From positions 1-47,454 of the forward strand of contig NIVC01003281.1 in the NCBI GenBank assembly GCA_002269645.1: 47,454 nt of DNA, read 5' to 3'. Every line of letters starts with the position of its first letter. Position 1 is the first letter of the stretch. The translations under genes and the position numbers were made by a program. The notes under the pieces were generated by a model that made no database searches, was not told the DNA's origin, and was given only the letters and a program-made list of their open reading frames with translations. The DNA comes from Macrostomum lignano (Eukaryota). Shown here piece by piece: positions 33,304-44,241 of this stretch.

Positions 33304-36128
33304 TTTCTTTTCTTTTCTTCACTCCGACCTCCGACCGCCCGCAGGCGGCCGGGGCGGGGCCGGGTGGCCGCCAGGGTCGTCAATGGGCGGCTCGGTCCGA
33401 CCCACCCTCTTGAGGTAGTCACAGATGAGGGCGCCGCCACCCTCGAGAACGTCGTTCCAGGAAATGACCACCCCGCCCCAGGTGCGGATGCGGGCCTGGT
33501 GGTGGCAGGGGCAGTAGAGCATAAGATGATCGACCGAGTCCGGTTCTCCGCAGTCGGCGCATCGGTCGTTCTGAGCGAGGCCGAACCGAAACAGGGTGTC
33601 GCGAGTCAGGGGGGATTTCTTAGTGCGGATTTGGCTGACCGTCACCTGGCCCCACCTGGGAAGGTCATCGTGGCCTGGCGTCGGAGTCAGGTGCGGATGC
33701 GTGCGGTCCCGCGCAGTTCTCCAATTGGACAGTACGTGGCGGACGGCATTTTTGGCGGAGGCCTGGGAAAGTTGCGCGGTGTTCGGTTCCAATTCTGCAG
33801 CTTCGCGGGCGAGGGCGTCCGCCGCCTCGTTACCAGCAATGTCCGCGTGGCCAGGAACCCATTGGAAGTGGAGCCTGGTCTGAGCTGGGAGGTCGGTGAT
33901 GAGTCGCCAGATCGTGAGGACGAGCGAATTAGTAGAACGGTACGGGCCTTGGTTGATGGCCTGAAGGCCTGATCGTGAGTCGGTACAGATGTGAACCGAG
34001 AGCCGCGGGTTGCCGATGGTGTCGAGGGTTTGACGTAGGGCTCTTATCGCTGCCTCGATGGCGACCAATTCAGCGTGGGTGCTACTGCACCACTTTCCGG
34101 CTTGCTGGCGGATGGACATGCGGAGTGCCTCGATGGATTCGGCAGTGAGGAGAGCACCTCCGCCGGCAGCAGTGCCGTCCGGGCTAACGGAGCCGTCCGT
34201 CCAGATGGTGCAGTCGGCGCTCGGTAACAGGGCCAAGGTGGCTTCTGCCGCAGCACGGCGGGCCTCCAGTGGGTCGGATCTTTTGGTCGGCCGGGCGAGA
34301 TCGGTAGCGATGGTGATCGCCTGGTCGGCTAAGTGCCACGGCGGGAGAGCCGGGTAGTGCTGGCGGTCTATGTCTCCGATGTGGATACCGGCAAGGCTCA
34401 GGAGCCACAGGCCTACTCGTCTGAAGCATGGCCGGTGACTCAAGACGATGTCTTCATCGTGGAGGTCCGTGTCGACGGGCCGGTCCGCTGGGCCTTCACG
34501 CTCCCAAGCTTCGTGGGCTCTGTAGCGGAGGCGAGGGGCGACTTGAGCTACCATAAGGGTACGGGCCGGGTCGTCGTCCGGTAGGCCGAGCAGGCGAATG
34601 AATTCGTTTGCGGCTAAGGTTTTGGCTCGGATGCTGAGGGCTGGTAGTCCGGCCTCGGCGAGTAGGCAGCGTCGTCTCGTGATGCCCAGACAGCCGGTAA
34701 TAATTCTGGCGCATTTGTTTTGCTCGGCCTCGAGTTTGAGGCGCGCCGTTGGTGCCGCATGATTGAAGTATAGTGCCGCTCCGTAGTCAAAAACCGACCG
34801 TACGTAGGCCATGTAGGCCGCACGTAGGGTGCGACGGTGGGCGCCATAGCTCTTGCCAGCGAGCACTTGGATGCATCGACGTCGGTCGGCCATTTTCTGT
34901 CGGACCATCTCAGTGTGTGGCGAAAAGGTGAGTTGATCATCCAGCTTGAGTCCTAGGAATGTCGGCGTGGGGTCATAGGCGAGGTCGTGGTTTTCAAGTC
35001 GCAGAGCGGGTCGGACTTTGCCGCCGCACTCGGTAGGATCGAGGGTAAAGGTTGAGTAGGCACACTTGGAGTGGCTGAGGCTCACTTTCCATTTACGGGT
35101 CCAGGCAGCCGCTTGGTCAAGGGCGGGTTGCAGTTTGTCGGCGCAGGCAGCGAGGGAGCGTCCTGTGGCAAGTAGCGCGGTATCGTCTGCGAAAAGTGAG
35201 CGGTGTACGTTCTCGGCCATCTCGGCATCAATGTCGTAGGCATATATAAGCCAAAGGAGGGGGGCGATCACGGATCCTTGCGGGAGGCCGTCCGTGAAAA
35301 CTCTCCAGTTCGAGGTCGCACTGCCCCATCTAACACGTGCACGACGGTCTGCAAGGAAGTTTCTCAGGTACCGAATCAGGTGCTTGGGAATACCCAGCCG
35401 GGCCATCTTGGCGTACAGGGCTGGTCGCCACACTTTATCGTATGCCTTAGCGAAGTCCAGGAGGACGAGGATAGCTCTCTCCGGTTTTCTCTGTTCGAAG
35501 GCGTCAAAGATGGCTTGGGTAATGCGGGCGAGCTGGTCCATGGTCGAGTGGCCTCGTCGGAAACCCGCTTGGTTCCGGTTGAGGAGGCCTCTGGTGTCCA
35601 GCCAGTGATAGAGTCTGTTTTGTAAGAGGCGCTCCATGAGTTTGCTGACGCAGCTAAGGAGAGATATAGGTCGGTAGGAGCTAGTGGCGCTCGGGTCTTT
35701 GTCTTTTTTCAGGATGGCGATGATTTCGGCCCGGCGCCAGGCAGTTGGGACTGAGCCAGTGAGCCAGCTACGGTTTAGTAGTTCCAGGAGGGCGTTCCGG
35801 CCTGCATCGCCGAGTTGTTTGAGGAGTTCGTTGCAGACGCCGTCGGTTCCTGGTGATTTGCCAGTCTTGAGTTGACGGATCGCGACGTTGAGTTCGCCGA
35901 TATTGAAAGGGCTGCAGATCTCCGTCCTCAGTCCGTTGCAGGGGCAGTCGTTGGTGTTGCTCGCCTTGTGTGCCTCGATGACGACGGGTCTGTCTTCTGG
36001 TCTAGACTTTGGGAGCCGGGAGACCGTCGCGTAGTCGGCGCAGAATAGTTCGGCTTTCTCTTTATCCGTGATGGCTTTGGCGGGTGGATTCCCGGGATCG
36101 TGGTTCTTGGTGAAGATAGTCGAGGGGG
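33304..36128 (-). mobile_element. Non-LTR retrotransposon E1 (I-group-like: RT, RNase H, CCHC), 5'-truncated
   Basis: Open frame with RT (PGTDG, YRPISL, QAGFR, LDFAKAYD, GLPQGSV, FADD), RNase H (WTDGS, AEL.AI, TDS, QWVPGH..GNE.AD) and CADC...H...C. Tail GAAGAAAAGAAAAGAAA. 12-bp TSD GCAGCAGGCGCT at 36129-36140 and 33292-33303. Confidence 0.9.
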
Positions 36129-36211
36129 AGCGCCTGCTGCTGCTGCTGCTGCTCGCGCTCGGCCGGTTGTAGCGCCTGCTGCTGCTGCTGCTCGCGCTCG
36201 ACCGGTTGTAG

Positions 36212-36216
<5 letters not shown>

Positions 36217-36245
<29 letters not shown>

Positions 36246-39200
36246 CCGCACGTCTCGATGTCAGCTGGGCTGCAAGAGACGGGGGCGCTAGATGCGCCCC
36301 AGCCTGCGAAGAAGGTTGATGGTGAGGCTCGCGTCAACCAGGAGTGCGTCTTGTTCGCCGGGGCGGGCCGCGAACCCTCGTGGGCAGTCGAAAAGAATGT
36401 GCTGCTCGGTATCGCGAGCTCCGCAGTCCGGGCACACGTCGGAGTCGGACAGGCCGAGTCGGAGTCTAGTGGCGGCGGCAAGGTTGCTGCAGCCGGCGCG
36501 GAGCTGGTTGACCAGGACCTCAAATTTCCTCGGCAAGGTTGGGAGTCTTGGCCATGGCGCCTTACGGCCCCAAAGCTCGAGGTCTAGATCACGTCTTTCC
36601 CGGCAGAGGTAAGCGCTGGCTGCCATGATGGGGACACCATGGTCGCTCTGATCTGCGGTCGCCAGTCTTGCCGCCCTATCTGCGCGTTCGTTCATGGGGA
36701 TGCCGCAGTGAGCCGGTATCCAGGTGATGCGGATGGAGTGATCGCTACTCTGGTTCCAAATTTCGGAGACGATTCTGCTGTTGCTGCGCTGGCCCGCCAT
36801 GATGTTGTAAATGGCCGCCTGGGAGTCAGTGAAGATGTCGATACATTGATGCTCTCTGGTATTCTGGATGGCAAGCAGTATGGCTTGAAGTTCCGCCTGG
36901 GTGCTGCTGCAGATGTTCCCTGCAGCGCTGGTGACGACCCGACCCCAGCATGGGGTGATGATCACCGCTGCGCTGGTGCCGTCCGATGTGCCGCCGGCGG
37001 CCGAGCCGTCAGTCCAAACGCTGACCGGGTGGGAGCCGCGCTCCTCGAGGTACCTCAGTGCAGTATCGCTGCGGAGGCTCTGGGGCTGGCTGCGGCTGCA
37101 CTGCGTAGCCAAACTGAGGTCGAAAGTGATCGCTTCGTGGGCCGTCCACGGCGGCTGGAGCTGCGGAGCGGGCTCCCTGGTGGGGCCGTTGAGCAGCCCC
37201 TGTCTGTCGAGCTCTTGGCTAACGCGGCGCCAGCAACCACGGTGTTCTCGCTGGTAGTCGTGGAGGACGGTGACGATGTCCTTTGGGTCTCTCGGTGTTC
37301 TCTGGTGGCTCTCAAAGGCTCGATTCTTCAGTCGTGGTCGGGTGTCCATTTTGGCGACCTGAAGTGCTGGAGTGTCCTGCGGGAGACGTAGGATTCTTTC
37401 TCTGAGCGTCGCACTACGTTGTAGCACCAGATGGCTGAAGGGCGACAGGTTCGCCACCGCAAGCAGGTCCCGGATGTGAGTAAGTTGGAGGCACCCAGTG
37501 ATGATCCGCGCACAGCTGTGCTGTTGGCGGTCGATCAGCAGCTTAGAGCTGGCTGCAGTGAAAGACCCCCAGACCCCGCACGCGTAGTCGGCAACAGAGC
37601 GAACGGTGGCGATGTAAGCCATGCGGAGGATCTGACTGTCCGCACCGGCCGATCTGGTAGCGAGGGCAGTGAGAGGTCTTCTGCGGGCGGCCATCTTTTT
37701 ACGGATCTTTGATGCATGGTGGCTGAAACTTAGGCTGTCGTCAAGAGTGAGTCCCAGGAAGGTCGGTGTTGGATCGAAGGCAAGCTTGTCGCCGTTGATC
37801 TGGAGGTTCACTCTCCGTTTGCCGTTGTTTTCATTTGCCGCTAGAGTGAAGGTGGAGTAGCAGCATTTCCCAGTGCTAATGGAGACTTTCCAATCTCGGC
37901 ACCAGTCGGCCACTGCATCCAGGGCTGGTTGGAGTTCTCTGGCACAGATGTCGAGTGTGCGAGCGGTCGCCAGTAAGGCCGAGTCATCGGCGTAGAGACT
38001 GAGGCTAACCAAAGGGTTCGCCTCGGCGACTGCTTGGGCTAAATCGTTGACATAGATATTCCACAGCGTGGGCGCTAGCACACTGCCCTGTGGCAGACCT
38101 TCGCGGAAGACTCTGTTCCGGCTCGTGGCGTTAACCCAGCGGACTGCGTTGTGACGGTCCGACAGGAAGCCGCGGATCCAGCGGATGATGCGCTTGGGGA
38201 TGCCCATGCGGTGCATTTTGGCATACAGGGCCAGGCGCCATACTCTGTCATACGCTCGGCAGAAGTCGAGGAGGCAGAGGATGCTGCGTAGCGCCGGTAG
38301 ACTCTCGAGGCCGTCAAAAATGGCTTGGCAGACTCGCGCGAGCTGTTCCTCGGTGCTACGACCGCGACGAAAACCAGCTTGAGTGGGCGTGAGGCCGCCA
38401 CGGCTCTCCAGGTCATAATTAAGACGAGCCAGAACCATGCGCTCCGCGCACTTGGCGATGCAGCTGGTAAGTGCGACGGGGCGGTAGTTATCCGGTGATG
38501 CGGCGTCTTTCCCTTTTTTCTGGATCGGTATAATGGTGCCAATTCGCCAGCTGGTCGGTGTTTTGCCCTCCCGCCAGGTGCGGTTGATGAGGCTGAGTAA
38601 GGCTTTGTCAGCGGCCGGCGGGAGGCGTTTAAGCATCTCGTTGGAGACACCGTCGGTTCCCACAGCCTTCCCTGATTTGAGACATCGGATAGCGGCGCGG
38701 AGCTCGTCGATCTCGAAAGGGGCGTCCGGGCCGTCTGTTTGGGGGTCACCCATAGGCGTGGTGGCCTCGTTCGCTTCGTATCTGATGGCCGAGTCATTTT
38801 TCCGTCTGGGGACTCGGCTAACTTCGGCGTAGAGTTGGCAAAAGAGTTCGGCCTTCTCTTTGTTAGTGCGGGCGGTGCGCTCCGGCGAGTCTGGGGAGGC
38901 GGCCCTGACGATGGCAGCCGGGTCCGGAGTTTTAAAACCATCGCCTCTCAGTGCGCGGAGTAAGCCAAAAATGTCCGCGAGTCCTGGCTGAAATTTGCCG
39001 CTTTATCGAACAGGAAGGCTTTTTTCTCCCTCCGGAGACAGCCTGAGGCGTTGTGGCGGGCTCTGTTTGCGGCAATAATATTTTCTGGTGTCGGTTTTTT
39101 TCTGCGGATTGTCTCGCGGAACGTGTAGCTTTGGAGGCCTCTTCGCAGGCGTCGTTCCAGAACGGCAGGCGTCTCGTCTCTTTCCCGGAGCTGCGCGTGA

Positions 39201-40014
39201 TGGCAAGTCTTGCTGCGTTCAGGATGGCTTCGGCAAGGCGTGTGGCCTCTGTGTTTAAGGTGGTGTCGTTGCGTTCGGATTCTGCCCAGGTATTTAGCGA
39301 CTCCCTGAAGGCTCCCCAGTCTGCCTTCTTATAGATCCAGCGTTTTTGCCCGCAGTGACGGGTCTTTCCGGTGTTAGAGGCTGGGAGGCCGAAAGCGATC
39401 GGCAGGTGATCGCTTCCCCAGTCTGGTAGCGTCTTCCAGGAGTCCGTGATGGATCCGGCAATGGTGCTACTACAGATGGTCACGTCTGGGCTACTGAGGC
39501 GGCCAGTACTGGGGCAGGTGCGTGTGTGGCAGGTGGTATTGCAGATGACGAGCCCATTGCGGGCGACCCACTCGTCGACGGTCTGGCCTCTGAGATCTTC
39601 TTCAATGTGGCGGTCCCAGCTTCCGTGTGCGTTGTAGTCGCCTCCGAGGATGACTCTACCGGTAGTCGGGAGATTGGTGAAGCTGGGTTGCCAGGTGTTA
39701 TCGGGACGTTGGCAGCTGGATGGTGGTGCATAGATAGATGCTATCACGATCGGCTGCTGTCCTTTGAGGCGGATGCGGCAGGTGGCAACGTCCAGGAGGT
39801 CGTGTTCTCTATCGACTTTGAGTCTGTCGTACTGGACGTCATCGCGGACGAGCACCATAGTACCTCCCCGTCCTGTAATTTTTTTGTTGGTTTTTGGGAT
39901 AGTGGACTGGGCTGGCGGTGGCGTGCTGGTGATTTCTCGTCCGGATGCACTGGTTTGAACAGATTGGTTGTCTGCGCCATGCCATGGTGTGAAACGGACG
40001 CTGCAGGCGGTACG
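36217..40014 (-). mobile_element. Non-LTR retrotransposon E2 (APE endonuclease, RT, RNase H, CCHC), 5'-truncated, two frameshifts in the EN-RT linker
   Basis: APE motifs IYAPP, GDYNAH, SSPD.T, GSDHLPI (N-terminal QWN/QET motifs missing). RT/RNase H ORF 36288-38753 (YRPVAL, QAGFR, LPQGSV, YADD, WTDGS, WIPAHCG, CPDC...H...C). (AG)n tail at 36217-36243. Apparent 4-bp TSD AGGC. Confidence 0.9.
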
Positions 40015-40904
40015 GCCTGCTGCTGCTGCTGCTCGCGCTCGACCGGTTGTAGCGCCTGCTGCTGCTGCTGCTCGCGCTCGACCGGTTGTAGCGCCTGCTG
40101 CTGCTGCTGCTGCTGCTGCTGCTCGGCTTGGTGCCACGTTGCAGGATGCGGTGACAGTGGTCGGCCATGAATAATCTCTGTGCGGGCCACAGCTAGATAG
40201 GCTTGTGCGTACTCACGTGCCTGCAATTGGTGCTCCCTGCCCTTTATGGGCTTTCCCTTATGCTCATTGAGCTCCGGGTGGTGGCTTCTGTAGTGCGAGC
40301 GGAGCTGCACGCACGCCTCTCTACACACACAGCACATGCCGTGACCAGCAGTAACAAATCGCTCGAAGGTCGCAAACCATAAAATATCCTCGACGCGATG
40401 ATCTGGGTGTTGACTTCTAGCATGGCGTGCCAAGTTGTCTTTACGCATTTCCGCATCGCAGATGACGCAGTTTACATTGATTGATGGCATTATCACGCTG
40501 TTTGTTGAGGGTAAAAGCTTTCGCACAAATTATTTCGCAGTCATTCTACGGCACTCTTCTATTCTATGACACTCAAAAAACGTAGGAAGGGCCATAAACA
40601 TTTTAGTAGCGCCTGTAGCGCCTGTCAATGCAGCGGAATTCCTATCAGCTCTATTTAAAACCACACACATAACAGCGGTCTCTTATAGCTGAGTAGCAAA
40701 TTTCTGTCTATGGCCGTTACTTAAGTGCCGGACTAGAAGCGAATAAAGCTAAGTAGCCCTAAGTAGCATTATAACCCATAGTTAATGCAAACCCTTAGTT
40801 CATTCATTCTTTCGTTCGTGACTCCAGGTCACTACAGGCTTGGCAGTAGAAAAAGAGGCGCTGCTTACAATTATTTTTTTATTTTACTTTCTTAGAAACA
40901 AGAA

Positions 40905-41070
40905 ATCTATGTTTGCTCGCTGCTCGCGCTCGGCCGGTTGTAGCGCCTGCTGCTGCTGCTGCTGCTGCTGCTGCTCGGGCTCGGCCGCTTGTAGCGCCTG
41001 CTGCTGCTGCTGCTCGCGCTCTGCTGCTTGTAGCGCCTGCTGCTGCTGCTGCTGCTGCTCGCGCTATTTG
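40905..41070 (-). repeat. Uninterrupted array of the (CAG)n-GCGCTACAA(C/G)CGGCCGAGCGCGAG minisatellite
   Basis: Three variant units of the motif found at the LINE junctions. Confidence 0.9.
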
Positions 41071-42544
41071 CAAAGCAGAAACCCCCACAAAATTCTGATT
41101 GAAGATGAGGGCCGGTTTGAAGATGGGGCTTCTATGGGGCTATGCACACCTTTGAGAGGTGCCTCGCACGCTTGTAGATGGGGCTTTACACACTTTTAGG
41201 AGGGGAATCGCACGCTTTTAAGAGGGTCTTTGTACACCTTTGTTGAGGGGCCTCGCACGAGATGCCAATGCTTACGGGGGAATCACTTAAATATTATCAA
41301 TAGTAGGCTCACGGTGGCATCGCTTATAGATAGATAGATATCAAAATTTTTACTTGTACTTTCTTTAAAAAACGGCCATGACGCATTTAGACACTTATAT
41401 TGCTTCTTGCGGTAGCGAAAATGCATGTCAATCTTTTCAGTGGGGTGAGATTTACTTAAATTTTAACTTGCGAAAAATGAGCCGATATGTAAAAGGTGAC
41501 AAAGCAGTGGATAGGAGTGGGTATAACAGTGTGGACAGCAGCGATTTACAGCGGCTGACTCATCATGCGCGCGCGGGGGCCGCCAATCTTGTGGAGGGTC
41601 TCATTAACTCATTAACGCCCGCAAAGTATGGGTATTACTATTATTGTGCCATAGACATTTGTGTCCTTGACAAAGACGTGGAACAAAATTAGCATTAACT
41701 GCCCGCTAATTTGCATTAAAGTAAGTTTGACTCCTGCAAGCGGGCTTAAATGTAGTCTATGGCATTAAAAGGCAAGAATAAGTGCCCAGCGGGCACAAAG
41801 GTCATGGTACAATTATGGGGTGGGTGGGCGCGCGTTACTTCTGCCAATTTTTGGTATATGGACAGTTAATATGTACAGCTAATTCTGCGTACACCAATGC
41901 ATTGAAACTTGGGGGCTGGGTGCGCTTATGCGTACAACAACGGCTACGGTGAAGCGCTAATTATGCGTACTATATTGTACTGGTCATATCGCTTCTGTAC
42001 GACACAGTGCACACTGATTACATTTATAATTAGATTTACATGAGAGTTACATGCATGAATATCTCACATAATGACTTACATGAATCGAGGGTCTGGACCA
42101 ATTAGAAGAGGTCTAGTGCATTTAGATAGGCGTTGAATTTGCATTTGCTCTGACACCCACCTCACCTCCAAAATCAACACTTATCTGCACGTTACGTAGT
42201 GGCTGCCTGCCTTGGCAGAGTCCCTGATGAGGGTAATGGAGCCATGGTGGTGAGCCTTGTGCCACCAAAGGCAGATGAGACAGTTTTTTTGGACCCCAGT
42301 AGTCCACTGACTGCTCTTCCAACTTGGGCCACATTTCCTTTGGTTGAAGGCTGAAGCAGCAAATCTTGGATCCTTTAAAAGAAAAAAGATAAAGAAAAAA
42401 TTGTATTGTATATACTTTTAAGTTTCTTCTAAATCATAACTTTCTTCTAAAAAAATGTTTTTTCTTAAAAGTATTAAATAATATTCAGTAAGCTTACCAT
42501 TTCCATGAATGAAGGATAATAGCCAATAGGAACAACCATAGGAG

Positions 42545-42660
42545 TAGAGATGCTAATACCGGGATCCCGGTTTCGAAAAATATCGGTTTTTTGGCCATTT
42601 TTTCGGTATTACCAATACCGGTATTAGGGTCCGGTATTGGTCCGGTAATGGTCTAAAATT
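42545..42660 (+). mobile_element. Possible hAT-Ac-like transposon terminus (other end not found)
   Basis: Begins TAGAGATG and is followed by repeated CCGGTATT/ATACCGG subterminal motifs. Confidence 0.35.
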
Positions 42661-42944
42661 ATGTCTGTATTTTTACAAATTTGCTATTTTTTGTTAAAAT
42701 TGCATTTTCCTAGACATTAAAAAATGCTTTTGCTTCGGCTTTTTAGCTCTAAATTTCCTCGGGATTTGGGGATTTCTTAGAATTGGGGAAAATTTTCACT
42801 TTCTGCTACTATAAGGAGTAAGCCTGGGGATACTCCTGGTGGCGTGCACCTGATCGGCGGGAGAGCAGCCGGAGGGCAAGGCGGGGGGGGGTGAGAGCGG
42901 CGGCTCAGGGGGCGGTGGGAGCGGCAGCAGCGGGGGAGGGACCT

Positions 42945-42973
42945 CCCTAACCCTAACCCTAACCCTAACCCTA
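42945..42973. repeat. Interstitial telomeric-type repeat (CCCTAA)~5
   Basis: CCCTAACCCTAACCCTAACCCTAACCCTA. Confidence 0.9.
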
Positions 42974-42979
42974 GACGTC

Positions 42980-43970
42980 GTCCCCAAGGGCCAGGACGTG
43001 GTCCCCGAGGGCGGGGACGTGGTCCCGATTCAGGGGACGTAGTTCCCGAGGACGGGGACGTGGTCGCCGAGAGCGTGGTCCCTGAAGGGGGGACGTGATC
43101 TATTAAGGCGGGGACGTGATCTATTAAGGCGGGGACGTGGTCCCGATTGAGGGGACGTGGTACCCGAAGGCAGGGGACGTGGTACCCGAAGGCAGGGGAC
43201 GTGGTCCCCGAAGGCAAGGGACGTGGTCCCCGAAGGCAGGGGACGTGGTGCCCGAAGGCAGGGGACGTGGTCCCCGAAGGCAGGGGACGTGATCCCAGAA
43301 GGTGGGGACATGGTCACAGAAGGCGGGGACGTGGTCCCGATTCAGGGGACGTGGTCCCGAAGGCAGGGGACGTGGTCCCCGAAGGCAGGGGACGTGGTCC
43401 CGAAGGCAGGGGACGTGGTCCCCGAAGGCAGGGGACGTGGTCCCCGAAGGCAGGGGACGTGGTCCCCGAAGGCAGGGGACGTGGTCCCCGAAGGCAGGGG
43501 ACGTGGTCCCGAAGGCAGGGGACGTGGTCCCCGAAGGCAGGGGACGTGGTCCCCGAAGGCAGGGGACGTGGTCCCCGAAGGCAGGGGACGTGGTCCCCGA
43601 AGGCAGGGGACGTGGTCCCCGAAGGCAGGGGACGTGGTCCCCGAAGGCAGGGGACGTGGTCCCCGAAGGCAGGGGACGTGGTCCCCGAAGGCAGGGGACG
43701 TGGTCCCCGAAGGCAGGGGACGTGGTCCCAGAAGGTGGGGACGTGGTCACAGAAGCCGGGGACGTGGTCCCGATTCAGGGGACGTAGTTTCCGAGGACGG
43801 GGACGTGGTCACCGAGGGCGTGGTCCCTGAAGGCGGGGACGTGATCTATTAAGGCGGGGACGTGGTCCCGATTCAGGGGACGTGGTCCCCAAGAGCGGTG
43901 ACGTGATCCCAGAAGGTGGGGACGTGGTCACAGAAGTCGGGGACAAGGCTGGGAAGTGGTCTCCGAAGGC
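42980..43970. repeat. GC-rich 22-bp satellite (GAAGGCAGGGGACGTGGTCCCC)n with higher-order structure
   Basis: Dozens of units. A variant block at ~43020-43145 recurs at ~43770-43875. Confidence 0.95.
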
Positions 43971-44241
43971 CACAAAAAACTTATTATTTGTGCACTTATG
44001 TGCTGAGCCAATCTCAAACACGTCCTAGAATGTGGAGACTTCAGAGACGTGCTGCAAAATTGAAACTCCAGCAGTGGAGGATAAAGGAAACTCCAATATT
44101 GGATCGGTGGTCCAGTTGAGCTCGCAGTGTGATGAAGAACTGCTCAGCGGCTCGAGTCGTTTCGATTAGTTGTAAGTTGCGGTAGCATTTGACTACTTGC
44201 AGAATCTTTACTGGTAGCTGCTGTCAAGGAGATGTCTGAAG

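Larger units (their letters stand above)
33186..40490 (-). pseudogene. Zinc-finger / polyQ-minisatellite gene interrupted by two LINEs (pieces 40490-40015, 36212-36129, 33291-33186; 221 aa when rejoined)
   Basis: Two C2H2-like fingers (CVIC...RKDNLARHARSQH; CCVC...LRSHYRSHH) and (Q)nALQP(V/A)ERE repeats. The pieces total 476+84+106=666 nt, in frame to TGA. Confidence 0.75.

Noticed and set aside
33364-40170. Long plus-strand ORFs (e.g. 33364-33972, 36639-37391, 39526-40170)
   Set aside because: Antisense shadows of GC-rich retrotransposon coding sequence with no independent motifs.
39744-40526. Zinc-finger ORF as ORF1/gag of retrotransposon E2
   Set aside because: E2 lacks the N-terminal APE motifs (5'-truncated), and the ZnF frame resumes in register beyond both elements, so it is the target and not part of E2. 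The read-through in the ORF track is a chance fusion.
42980-43970. CRISPR-like array or proline/glycine-rich CDS (several 150-230 aa ORFs)
   Set aside because: Units are contiguous with no unique spacers, the context is eukaryotic, and ORFs appear in all frames only because the satellite lacks stops.
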